From an uncultured Methanosarcinaceae archaeon (GTDB lineage Archaea; Halobacteriota; Methanosarcinia; Methanosarcinales; Methanosarcinaceae): a stretch of DNA of 64,000 bases. This document shows, piece by piece, positions 48,070 to 58,325 of the stretch. The translations under genes and the position numbers were made by a program. The notes beneath the pieces were generated by a model. The model searched no databases. It saw nothing but the letters and a program-made list of their open reading frames with translations, and was not told where the DNA came from. Positions within the stretch are counted from its first letter, which is position 1. Each line of letters begins with the position of its first letter. The DNA lies in contig CAWHXP010000008.1 of assembly GCA_963833425.1 (NCBI GenBank), positions 32,001-96,000 of the forward strand, in the 5' to 3' direction.

Positions 48070-49061
48070 TGTTCTGTAGAAATGCTCTAAATTGAACTTT
48101 TACACTATAATATTAATTACTGTTCCGTTATAATTTTTTGTTATTTTTTAGCTAAAAACGAAGGAACATTCAATATTGAAATTTAGTAAGTACATTCAAT
48201 TCGTTGATATCAGCCTTGAAACTGTTCAGTCTTCGAGACTGAAGCTTATTCTTGCAAGTATTCGAAACACTTTTATACCCAGCATCAGTTTCTTTCACTG
48301 TTTTATTGAAAGAGTATATTAGCACAGATTACCGCGATTTGTAGAACTCACTGACCTTATTAGCGATATAACAGAAAAACTTACTCTTGATAAGATTCCA
48401 CATTTCACTGCCTTTCAAAAGTTTAAACTAGGATTCCCTTTTCTATTTTTAACCTTTTTTTGTCAAGGATTCTAAATCTTTTTACTCATATGGAGAAAAT
48501 GTCTCTGTTGCAGCGATTGATGCAACAGAATTTACGAATTCATATGTAAGTAATTATTATCCCAGAAGAACAGGGAAGCTTCGAAGAAGTTTCCTTAGAA
48601 CTTCAATATTAGTAGATAGAAGTAAAAAGGTAATATAGGGATGGAAAATCAGTCAAAAACAGATCATGAAATTAAATATGCAAAGCTCTGATAAGACAAT
48701 CAAATAAGATTAGAAATTCTGATTGTTATGTAATGGATAAAGGATACGATTCAGAAAAAATATATTTTATAATTAGAGAAGAAATCAAAGAAGATTCAAT
48801 TATACCTGTAAAGGAGAGAAAAAGGAAGAAAATAAGCGGAAAATACAGAAAACAATTGAACTGGTCTTTGACAAAATTAAATATAATCAAAGAAATATTA
48901 TGGAGACGCTATTTTCTGTAGTTAAAAGAAAATTAGGAGAAGCACTAAGGGCAAGAAAATTCCGCTATCAAGTAAAAGGGATTAAAATAAATTAATAATT
49001 ACAACATAAACAAAAAAGTTATAGAAATAATTTGCATCAAGTTACGGATTTCTACAGAGCC
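48070..49061 (+). mobile_element. IS5-like DDE insertion sequence, decayed
   Basis: IRs tgttctgtagaaat / atttctacagagcc; fragments YTQHQFL, AIDAT.F, MDKGYDSE, ETLFSVVKRK. Confidence 0.85.
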
Positions 49062-49216
49062 AAAATAATTAAATGTTAAATGGTTAAGAACGAATCCTTT
49101 CTTAAAAAAGGAAAAATATTTATAAAATACTGTGAATGAAAAAGACATTATGGAAATACCATATATAAGACTTAAAAATCAGTATAAGATTAAGCAAGGA
49201 GTTTGGAGATTTCATT

Positions 49217-51022
49217 TTGAGCAAACAAATATTTGATAGCAATAGAAAGGCACTGGCTATTTTGTTGGCTGTGTCATTTTTACTAACATTGGCCTCTTTT
49301 CCGGTAAGTTCCCATCCAGTAGAGGCGTCAACTTTATATGGTACTTATATATGGAAACCTACGCTTAACACCCCCGCTTCTTCATACATTCCTAGTCAGA
49401 TTCCTAATCCCAACATTCCTAGTCAAACTCCTAATACCGACATTTCTAGTCAAACTCCTAATACCGACATTTCTAGTCAAACCCCTAATACCGACATTTC
49501 TACTCAAACCCCTAATACCGAGGTTTCTAGTCAAACTCCTAATACCGACATTCCTACTCAAACCCCTAATACCGAGGTTTCTAGTCAAACTCCTAATACC
49601 GAGGTTTCTAGTCAAACTCCTAATACTGACATTCCTAGTCAAACCCCTAATACCGAGGTTTCTAGTCAAACTCCTAATACCGAGGTTTCTAGTCAAACTC
49701 CTAATACTGACATTCCTAGTCAAACCCCTAATACCGAGGTTTCTAGTCAAACTCCTAATACCAACATTCCTACTCAAACCCCTAATACCGAGGTTTCTAG
49801 TCAAACTCCTAATCCCAACATTTCTAGTCAAACTCCTAATTCCAACGTTTCTTGTCAAATTCTTAATCCCAAGCTTTCCAGTCAAATTCCTAATCCCAAC
49901 ATCCCTAGTCAAACTCCTAATCCCAACGTTCCTAGTCAAATTCTTAATCCCAACATCCCTAGTCAAACTCCTAATCCCAACGTTCCTAGTCAAATTCTTA
50001 ATCCCAACGTTCCTAGTCAAATTCTTAATCCCAACATCCCTAGTCAAACTCCTAATCCCAACGTTCCTAGTCAAATTCTTAATCCCAACATCCCTAGTCA
50101 AACTCCTAATCCCAACTTTCCTAGTCAAATTCTTAATCCCAACGTTCCTAGTCAAATTCTTAATCCCAATGTTCCTAGTCAAATTCCTAATTTCAACATC
50201 CCTAGTCAGACTCCTAACCCTATAACTCCTCGTAAGAATTCTGGTCAAACTCCTCATCTCAGCATCTCTCGTCAAAATTTTAGTCCAATGTCAGATACAA
50301 TGACTGAGTTAACTTCTTCAGCTAATAAATATACATTGGGCCAGACAGTAACGCTTACTGCTATCATTGGTACGCCTTCAAAAGGAGTCAAAAATCCTTC
50401 AGGTACAGTTACTTTTATCGATGGGACCCTGGCCATAGGAACTGAAACTGTAAATTCGGGGCAGGCGATTTTGGCTACTTCAGTGCTTTCAGTTGGCTCA
50501 CATTCGATCACAGTCCAATATAGTGGTGATAATAACTTCAAACCCAGTACATCATCTATTTTCACACTAGTGGTTCTAGATAAGCTTGGTTCAGATCAAC
50601 TACCTGGATCCCCAGAGAATCCTATGGTGGATACAAAGATTGAGTTAACTTCTGCAGCTACTGAGTATGTATCTGGCCAGCCAATAACATTTACCGCTAA
50701 AGTTGATACGATATCACAAGGAACAGATAAGCCTTCAGGTACAGTTACTTTCATAGACGAGAAAACGCAAATAGGAGCTGAAGCTATAAATTCGGGACAG
50801 ACAATTTTGACTACTTCAGAGCTTTCAGTTGGCTCACATTCGATCACAGCTCAATATAGCGGTAATAATAACTTCAAACCTAGCACATCAACTGTTTTTA
50901 CACTAACAGTTAAAAAAGATTCACTATTTCATCACCCATTATTTCCAATGGGTTGCGGTATTATTGCTACTATTATTGTTACAGTGGTTGGTGGCTTCAT
51001 ACGGACAAAATTACGTTTATAA
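49217..51022 (+). CDS. Cell-surface protein: signal peptide, S/T/P/Q/N-rich repeat stalk, two Ig-like domains, C-terminal TM anchor
   Basis: Two copies of GQ..T.TA......PSGTVTF.D....IG.......GQ.......LSVGSHSIT.QYSG.NNFKPS; hydrophobic C-terminus. Confidence 0.85.
   Translation: MSKQIFDSNRKALAILLAVSFLLTLASFPVSSHPVEASTLYGTYIWKPTLNTPASSYIPSQIPNPNIPSQTPNTDISSQTPNTDISSQTPNTDISTQTPNTEVSSQTPNTDIPTQTPNTEVSSQTPNTEVSSQTPNTDIPSQTPNTEVSSQTPNTEVSSQTPNTDIPSQTPNTEVSSQTPNTNIPTQTPNTEVSSQTPNPNISSQTPNSNVSCQILNPKLSSQIPNPNIPSQTPNPNVPSQILNPNIPSQTPNPNVPSQILNPNVPSQILNPNIPSQTPNPNVPSQILNPNIPSQTPNPNFPSQILNPNVPSQILNPNVPSQIPNFNIPSQTPNPITPRKNSGQTPHLSISRQNFSPMSDTMTELTSSANKYTLGQTVTLTAIIGTPSKGVKNPSGTVTFIDGTLAIGTETVNSGQAILATSVLSVGSHSITVQYSGDNNFKPSTSSIFTLVVLDKLGSDQLPGSPENPMVDTKIELTSAATEYVSGQPITFTAKVDTISQGTDKPSGTVTFIDEKTQIGAEAINSGQTILTTSELSVGSHSITAQYSGNNNFKPSTSTVFTLTVKKDSLFHHPLFPMGCGIIATIIVTVVGGFIRTKLRL
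49388..50224 (+). repeat. Coding tandem repeat, ~31 x 27 bp (9 aa)
   Basis: Unit similar to attcctagtcaaactcctaataccgac; no unique spacers. Confidence 0.95.
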
Positions 51023-51689
51023 TGTAGAGTATCCACACCTAAGTAGTGATTATCCTACATTATAGTCGTGGAAATTAGGCAACAGTAAGAGAAAAATAAA
51101 CTTTAAAGCATCGGGTTGATCATCTCACTAACTACACAAACAATATTTTATTGTTGTTAATTTCATGTTGATAGTTGAAATCTCCATGTATAATTTAAAT
51201 GGGTTGTCACCTAATTTTCAGGGCAATAACGATATTTCTTAAGGTGGTAGATATTGCCCTATTTTTGGAGTCTTCTGCAGCACTTATTATTTTACCCTTT
51301 TTGAAATTATTGAGAAGTCAGTAGTTTTACTGACAAATTTTCTGTTTCTGTTGTTTTCACGGATGCATGGGTTTTAAAATAAAAATCTATGCAAGATCGT
51401 TTTGAGATAGCTATGTTCTACTGATACATTGCAATTTTTTTGAACTTTTGTGAATTAAGCTTAAAAGTTTTTCCCAAAATAGCCGTTTTGCAAGTTAAAA
51501 TGTTGTGTATTTGTACATTATTAAAACTTTTAGAATCTAATCAACTAAAAGCAATGCAGCATCTAGTTTAAATATTCAGTAAATATATTTTTACATTAGA
51601 AAAGTTTACTTTGTAGAGTGAAATATTATTTATTCATATTTTTGTAGTTCTTTCATTATTAATATCTAAACAGTATGAGGATGCTGAAA

Positions 51690-52409
51690 ATGAAAAAAGC
51701 GACATATGTTAAAATGAGCGGAAGGCATAACTTTATAATATTTATAGTTATCACTGTGCTGACGTTTTTGATACTAGTGAGTCTAGTAGGCGCATTGACT
51801 GATTCACAGACTATTGTCAATCAAGGAACCGATTTTGCGAAATTCGGCCAGAACGAAAAGGCAGTAAAGACATATGAGAAAGCTATTGAAATTAATCCGC
51901 AAGATTCAGATGCTTGGTATAATAAAGGACTAGCTCTAAAGAAATTAGGTAAGTCAGATGAAGCAATAAAAGCATTTGACAAAGCAATTGAAATTAACCC
52001 GCAGTACTCAAAAGCTTGGTACTATAAAGGAGTAGCTCTAAACAAACTAGGCAAATCAGATGGAGCACAAAAAGCATGGATCAAAGCAAAGGAAATTGAT
52101 TCAAAAACTTGGTACAATAAAGGAAATGATTTATTTTACTTAGATCAATTCGATGGAGCAATAAAAGCATATGACAAAGCAATTGAAATTAACCCACATG
52201 ATTCAGATGCTTGGTACTACAAAGGCTTAGCTTTAGGGAAATTAGGTAAGTTAGATGAAGCAATAATAGCATTTGATAAAGTAATTGATATTAACCCACA
52301 GAATCCGAAAGCTTGGCACTATAAAGGAGTTGCTCTCAGCGCATTAGGAAAGTCCAATGAAGCACAGAAAACTTGGGCCAAAGCAAAGGAAATTATTCCA
52401 AAAGTTTGA
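51690..52409 (+). CDS. Membrane-anchored TPR protein
   Basis: MKKATY N-terminus and TM segment like 746-1408; several TPR repeats. Confidence 0.88.
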   Translation: MKKATYVKMSGRHNFIIFIVITVLTFLILVSLVGALTDSQTIVNQGTDFAKFGQNEKAVKTYEKAIEINPQDSDAWYNKGLALKKLGKSDEAIKAFDKAIEINPQYSKAWYYKGVALNKLGKSDGAQKAWIKAKEIDSKTWYNKGNDLFYLDQFDGAIKAYDKAIEINPHDSDAWYYKGLALGKLGKLDEAIIAFDKVIDINPQNPKAWHYKGVALSALGKSNEAQKTWAKAKEIIPKV

Positions 52410-52779
52410 CTTAACGAAGAACTTTATCAATATCAAGTCTTTTTTTATATGGCTCATAAGGTCAATAAGTTCTAAAAAATCACGATAATCTGTGCTTATA
52501 TACTCTTTTTTAATAAAACTAAAACAAGAAGCTGATGCTGAGTATAAATATGTTTGAATATTTGCTGAAATAAAGGTTCAAGTTGGAAAATTGGACCGTT
52601 TTAAGATTAGTACCAACAAATTTAATGCATTTATTCGATTTAAATGTTGAATATTCCTTCGTTTTTGTGGAGAATAAATAAGAAGAAATATAATATATGA
52701 TACCTATAAAAAACATAGTGTAAAAATCCAATTTACAGGATTTCTACAGAGTTTTTTTTAGATGCTTTAAGAATTTGGA

Positions 52780-52830
52780 TTATTCCAGTCGAATACTCCA
52801 TAGCTTGATTCTTGTATTCGACTGGAATAA
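52780..52830. repeat. Perfect 17-bp inverted repeat with 17-nt spacer
   Basis: ttattccagtcgaatac (52780-52796) / gtattcgactggaataa (52814-52830). Confidence 0.9.
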
Positions 52831-53215
52831 AAGAAGCTTTAAAATTGATATCTGAGTTAAATAAGATATTTATTTTTTGATTAATTATATTTATTTGTAA
52901 TTGAGCATCATATTATATTTTTCCTGTTATGCTAAATTAAATGTTAAAAAAGGATTAGTAAGCTTTTAAAGAAAAACTAAGACCAATTTTCTATTTGAAT
53001 GCAAAATAAATTTTTTCACATCGATATTTGTATTTGGAGAATAATGTATAATATCAACTATGAAAAATAAGAATAATTAGCCCGTAAAAAGTGGACCAAT
53101 TTTTAAAGACCCTAAAGCAGCATATCTGTGTATAGATATGAATCAGAATCGAAGTACTAATATTCTATTCTACCTCGCACTTCAGATCTCCACTTCAAAT
53201 TTTCGACCATAAACC

Positions 53216-53581
53216 TCAGATTTTACGAGATGTTGGAAACCTTTCTCCTGAACTATTTAAATGAACCCAGTCAAGATACTCCTTCTCTCCTTCAATTTTC
53301 CAGAATTCAATCGCAGGCATTTTGTAGGTATGTAGAGATTTCACAAGCTTTATAATATCCTCCAAACTCGAAGAATCAGCTTTTACAAACATAGCTATTT
53401 CATTATCTTCCTCTATCTTCTCATTCCACCTATATATTGAAGATATGGGAAAAATATTTACGCAGGCTGCAAATCTTTTCGAAACCAATTCTCTTGCGAT
53501 CTCGGATGCATTATTCATATTTCCAGCAGTAATGTAGATTATACATGTGCATTTCCTTAGTTGCGATGTAACCAACTGCAA
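53216..53581 (-). CDS. cutA: Divalent-cation tolerance protein CutA
   Basis: YIT......A..IARELV....AACVNI.P..SIY.W...IE...E, LHTY.MP.I, YLDW. Exact start uncertain. Confidence 0.88.
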   Translation of the reverse strand: MQLVTSQLRKCTCIIYITAGNMNNASEIARELVSKRFAACVNIFPISSIYRWNEKIEEDNEIAMFVKADSSSLEDIIKLVKSLHTYKMPAIEFWKIEGEKEYLDWVHLNSSGERFPTSRKI

Positions 53582-53602
53582 TCAACTCCATTATTTAATT
53601 GA

Positions 53603-53691
53603 AGAAAATTCTGATAAATCCCTAAATTTGATCATATGATATAAATGATATATAAGTACTCGGGAAAATTATATGTTTATCGAAATCTTCT
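53603..53691 (+). mobile_element. Degenerate copy of the ~90-bp MITE family, directly upstream of cutA
   Basis: agaaaattctgataaatccc ... tataaa..tatataa ... gtttatcgaaatcttct aligns with 16874-16964. Confidence 0.6.
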
Positions 53692-54595
53692 GATATTCAT
53701 TTAATAATATGTAGTCAATCACTGTAAACTTCATTAAGGATTAAAATTTCTTTACTTCAGCTCATAAAAGTTCTATATGTGATATTTGCTTTTGAAGAAG
53801 ATAATTAAAACAATCATTTTAAAGAGCGGCAATTGTAGAAGGATATCAAATAGTAGTTTCTGTCAAGATAAAAACTGTAGATTTAGCAATAATAAACACA
53901 TACATGAAATCCTCTGATAACATTCACAAATAAATGCATTTCAGCTAACCTTTTTGATCATCTTAATCATTAACTTTAGAAGGAAGGCTGTCCGCAATTT
54001 TTCCTAAAAACCTTTAAAAAAGGATCATGGATAGTCATCGAAGCTCAAATATGACTTTGATCTGGATCCAAGTTGCCTTTGAGCAAAACAAATGACAAAA
54101 TAAATTTTGTAACCTAAATTGTCATAAATAGTAAGAAAATTATTTTGCTTTAGATATTCATAAATATTTTCCACTGCCATCATCACCAGTATATTCGGAG
54201 AAAAATAACAGCAACTTCTGGATAGAGATGATGGCTGTATTCCAGCCCTTAAAAACAGGATTATAAATCAGAAAAGGTTATGTTGTCGTATTGAGTTAAC
54301 TAGTGACCTTTAAGTCCCTCAGTTCCAATTAATTCATAAAACATATACCTGTCTATAACTCAAAATCAGAAAGTAGATACTATTTAAGAAAATAAATTAT
54401 CACAAAAAAAAATGAAATGTGTCAAAGGGAGTGATGCAAAAAATATGGCTTTGTTAGAAAATCGGTGTAAACTTTCACGATTAAGAAAGTTAATCAATCT
54501 CAACACCGGGAAAAATGGTATATAAAGATCAGAATTATTGAATCAAACTGCGGAAATTTTATTTTTTCACCACAACAAAAAACCTGAGAAATAAA

Positions 54596-55491
54596 ATGCA
54601 AAATCAAGTACCTCAATCCGAGTTAGACGCGCTGCGCACTGTCATTTCACAAACGGGGGTGCGATGGACGGCAGGCGAAGCAAACATCTCCCGGTTCACC
54701 ACAGAAGCCTGCAGGCAACTTCTCCTTTCAGCACCACCAACCCGCGCAGAACCCTCAAAGTGAAAGATAGAGCCCTTGGCACTGTCTCACCTTCCACTAT
54801 TTTTGATGCCGACCTCATTCGACTGGCGGAATGTGAACGGTCAAAGTTATGTGACGCCTGTAAGAATGCAGGTTGGAGGGACTTGTGTGGCGTTTGCTAA
54901 CACGGGCGCTGTCGAATCCTGCTTTCTGCGCTCCGAAACCTTCCACGACAACGACATAGACCTTTCAGAACGCGTCCTTTCCGCGTGCAACAGTGGGCTC
55001 TACCCGTGTCCTAGGTCGCCCGAATTCCTGCAAAGCACTGGACTGCCTTCAGAGGCGTGCTACCAGTGGAGCGCCAGGGCCCGTCGGCTGGAGGCAAGAC
55101 CAAACCTATAAAGTGATTGCACACAACTACTACAATCCCTTCCGATCGGCGATGTCAAAACGTTCATAACTAGCTTCGGGCCTATCGTCACCGGCATGAA
55201 CTTCCTGAAAGACTTCTTCAATTACAACGGCGGAATATAGACGGGAACCACGAATCCATCGACAGTTTTCACGAAGTGCTCGTTGTTGGCTACGACGATA
55301 ACTCCCAGTGTTTCATCTGCAAGAACAGTTGGGGTGAAGACTGGGGAGAAAGCGGATTCTTCCAGATTGTCTACAGCCAGTTTGGGCAGTGTTCAGAGGT
55401 CGGCATCGGCGGGCAGAACAACGTTCCGATCCATACCGACACGAAGAATATCGGCCCTTGGGAGAAGTTCACAGCGGTGCTTGCGCACTGA
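54596..55491 (+). pseudogene. Papain-like (C1A) cysteine protease, frameshifted, GC-rich
   Basis: WTAGE prodomain, PTSFDWR, VTPVR.Q..GTCVAFA, DLSE, H.VLVVGY, CKNSWG.DWGESGF. Confidence 0.85.
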
Positions 55492-55767
55492 CTTCGCTTG
55501 CCTGGGTCATGCGATTGATCTTTCACTCTGGCAATTGGGAAAAATTATTTTTTAGGGAATAAAGCTCAGTAGGCACATGTGTTTAATGTAACCTCGGGAA
55601 ACTAACCGTATTGGGAACGCCTATTTTCGAGGCACTTGAATATGAAAAGGTTGCTAAATGCTATTCTGCACATCTCTAAAACAAGCATACAAATGTTATG
55701 ATACATCCTTACCTCGGTTAGAATAAAAATCACTATTTGGGGTATGGCAACGATTCGTTCTTTTGTG

Positions 55768-56008
55768 GATTCTGTTGCAAAAAATTCATAAGAAAAATAC
55801 ATTAAAATAAGGAGGAAATCAAGAGAATGGTAATATGCTATCTAGTTACTTTAAATGGAAACATTATGAAGGAGAAATTATTCTATTGAATTTAAATGAT
55901 ATCTAAAATATCTGTTGAGTTATGGAAATTTAGAGGAAATGATGGAAGAAATAGGAATAAAAATTGATCACACTAATATAATGAGATGGGTACATCGATA
56001 TTCACCTC
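55768..56008 (+). mobile_element. IS6-family left-end remnant
   Basis: IR gattctgttgcaaa, then MLSSYFKWKHYEGEIILLN...MRWVHRYSP, truncated. Confidence 0.85.
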
Positions 56009-56056
56009 CGTTTTTATCAAGTAAAAAGGAACTAACAATTAGTTTTTGTTAGGATC

Positions 56057-56806
56057 TCAACCTTTCTCTAATATTTTCAGCAAGATATATGCGATACAGA
56101 TAACAAAAAAGATTGAAAATAAAAGGGCTTGAGGAAAACTGACTTTGAACTGTAAGCTCTCTGGTAGAATAAAGTATAGGAAGAATGAGATTACAAGCAG
56201 TAAAAAACCTCCAAATACTATATTCAAGCGAATTCTCTCATCATTTCCCATATTTTTTTGGGCTCTTTTCCCAGTGGAAGCAAAAAAGTTACCTCTAAGA
56301 TTTTCAAGAAAGGGAGATGACAGCCAACTAAGTTCTCTATTCCACGATCTTTGGGAAGAGGCCTTCTTTATCGGTATAATTGGTGACTCTCGAGAATTTA
56401 GCTCTTCCTGATCTAAACTTTTATAACTTGCATCCCCCAAGCATTCCTGCAGCTTTGCCTCGACTTTTCCCAAAAGTACTGGGAAACCTTTTTTTCGTGA
56501 TCCATAACCTGCTGTGATAAAAATCTGACCTTTTGTAAGTACTCTACCTTCCCCTGGTATTCTAGCAACTGCTGAAACATATTCTTTTTGAAGCACGTAA
56601 GGATTATTCCGCAAAAAAGTGATCATTCCTTTTAACTCTTCACTGACTGAAAGATGTATATGGGTTGGAGATCCTTGATTTGTAATCAGGATTTCAAAAG
56701 TCTTTTCTCCCCCAGGATAAAGAGGAATCTCAAGGCTTTCATTCTCAAATTCAATTGAATTGATTTCTTGTCGGTTGATAATAACATTCTGGAATATCTG
56801 CTGCAA
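56057..56806 (-). CDS. Hypothetical membrane protein with two C-terminal TM helices
   Basis: 249-aa ORF in tandem with trm112. Confidence 0.75.
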   Translation of the reverse strand: MQQIFQNVIINRQEINSIEFENESLEIPLYPGGEKTFEILITNQGSPTHIHLSVSEELKGMITFLRNNPYVLQKEYVSAVARIPGEGRVLTKGQIFITAGYGSRKKGFPVLLGKVEAKLQECLGDASYKSLDQEELNSRESPIIPIKKASSQRSWNRELSWLSSPFLENLRGNFFASTGKRAQKNMGNDERIRLNIVFGGFLLLVISFFLYFILPESLQFKVSFPQALLFSIFFVICIAYILLKILEKG

Positions 56807-56820
56807 ATTTAACCCTCACA

Positions 56821-57006
56821 TCAGTCTCTTAGGTCAGAAGGAAGAAAATTTGGAATCCCCTCATCTATAGGATAGTACTCTTTGCATAGCGTGCAGTAAA
56901 GGGTTCCGGAAACGACCACTTCTTCTTTTTCTTCAACAACGTCCAAAATCAGGTCACCCTTACAGACAGGGCAAGCTAGAATATCTATAAGATTTTTTTT
57001 CATCAA
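56821..57006 (-). CDS. trm112: Methyltransferase partner Trm112
   Basis: ILACPVCKG.L...G.LYC..C...YPIDEGIPN.L zinc-knuckle pattern. Confidence 0.88.
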   Translation of the reverse strand: MMKKNLIDILACPVCKGDLILDVVEEKEEVVVSGTLYCTLCKEYYPIDEGIPNFLPSDLRD

Positions 57007-58325
57007 AATTCACCTTCAAAGATGATTTTGCAATCAAAGGAAACACAACTCTTCTCTTTTATCAGGGTAAATCGAATAGTTTTCAATCATCGCTCTCTCA
57101 TTTTCCTGTAGATTTGATCTTGACTAAGTACTTGGTATTCAATTCATCTTATTATTTCAATGTAATCTATGCATTATGGAAACTTGTTATTTGAATTTTT
57201 ACTATTTTATCAATGATAATGATTTTATTAATTCGTTTTTTTATTAGTTTTGATTTTCCATCGTTCCATATGACTACTGGTATTCATTTTCAATCTTTTT
57301 CAATGATTCACAAGAATAAAACTCATCTGTATATCGTAATTCCATTTTTTTTTTCATAATTTGATTTCATTTGAAATGCTGCCTAACATTCCGATTTACC
57401 TCTAATCTTTTTCTTCGCGGGTATCATTCAAATATTTCTCGCGACTTTCTGTATGTGACCAGAATTGTTCTGATAAAAAGATCTGAGAATCATGAAGTGA
57501 TACAATTATTGTTTTGAAACTTCTGATCAGTCCATATTCCCTGTCCATTATGCTGTAAAGTTTAGATCTAAATTTTCGATCTAAGGTAATCAAGTTGGCT
57601 TTGCAATGTCCCTATACGCCTTCTCCTCAGCAGTTATCAATTACTGTCTCTCTCTAAATGACTAGACTGTGGTACTGTCGGTATATGCTTAAGAAAACAA
57701 GGCATTTTTTGAAAGAAATTTGAACAATTAGTTATCTTTCAAGTTCAAAGTAAGAAGCTTCGTGTCCACCTCAAAGCTGTTTTCCATCTAGTAGCCTCCC
57801 ACAACTTCATAAGATTGATGTTAGCGATACAATGTTATTTTTTTGAATTGGTTTATATATTTCATGTTAATGAGCTCGTTTTACTTATTTTTGATTTTTA
57901 ATCCATAATGTATATCGCACTAATAATATATACTTTTTTTATATATAAAATATATCCTAATATATAAAATTGATTCAACTGGAAATCTTCGATCTCATTC
58001 GCATGCCTAGACTTGTAAAATTGTAAAATTCTTTCCCAATTAAAAATTGATATTATAAGGATTCGGTCGAATTTGTCTATGCTTTTTAAATACTTTTTTT
58101 GCATTTACTAGATATAATCGGTAGAGAACACTACTTCCAAAAGAATAGGCTAAAAAAGTGACATGAGCTTAATAGAATTGAAAGAAGTTTCAATAAATTA
58201 TGCGATGAGTCAAATTATTTAAAAAAGATATCTAATCACAGAATATAGATAAATAATTTAAGAGAAGTTGTTGAACTCCTCAATTTTAGCTGTTTTTTCA
58301 GGTTGATTGGTTATATCAACATTCA

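Noticed and set aside
49338..50275. Long overlapping ORFs in other frames, and a CRISPR-like appearance
   Set aside because: Shadow ORFs arise because the 27-bp unit lacks stops in those frames. There are no unique spacers and no cas genes.
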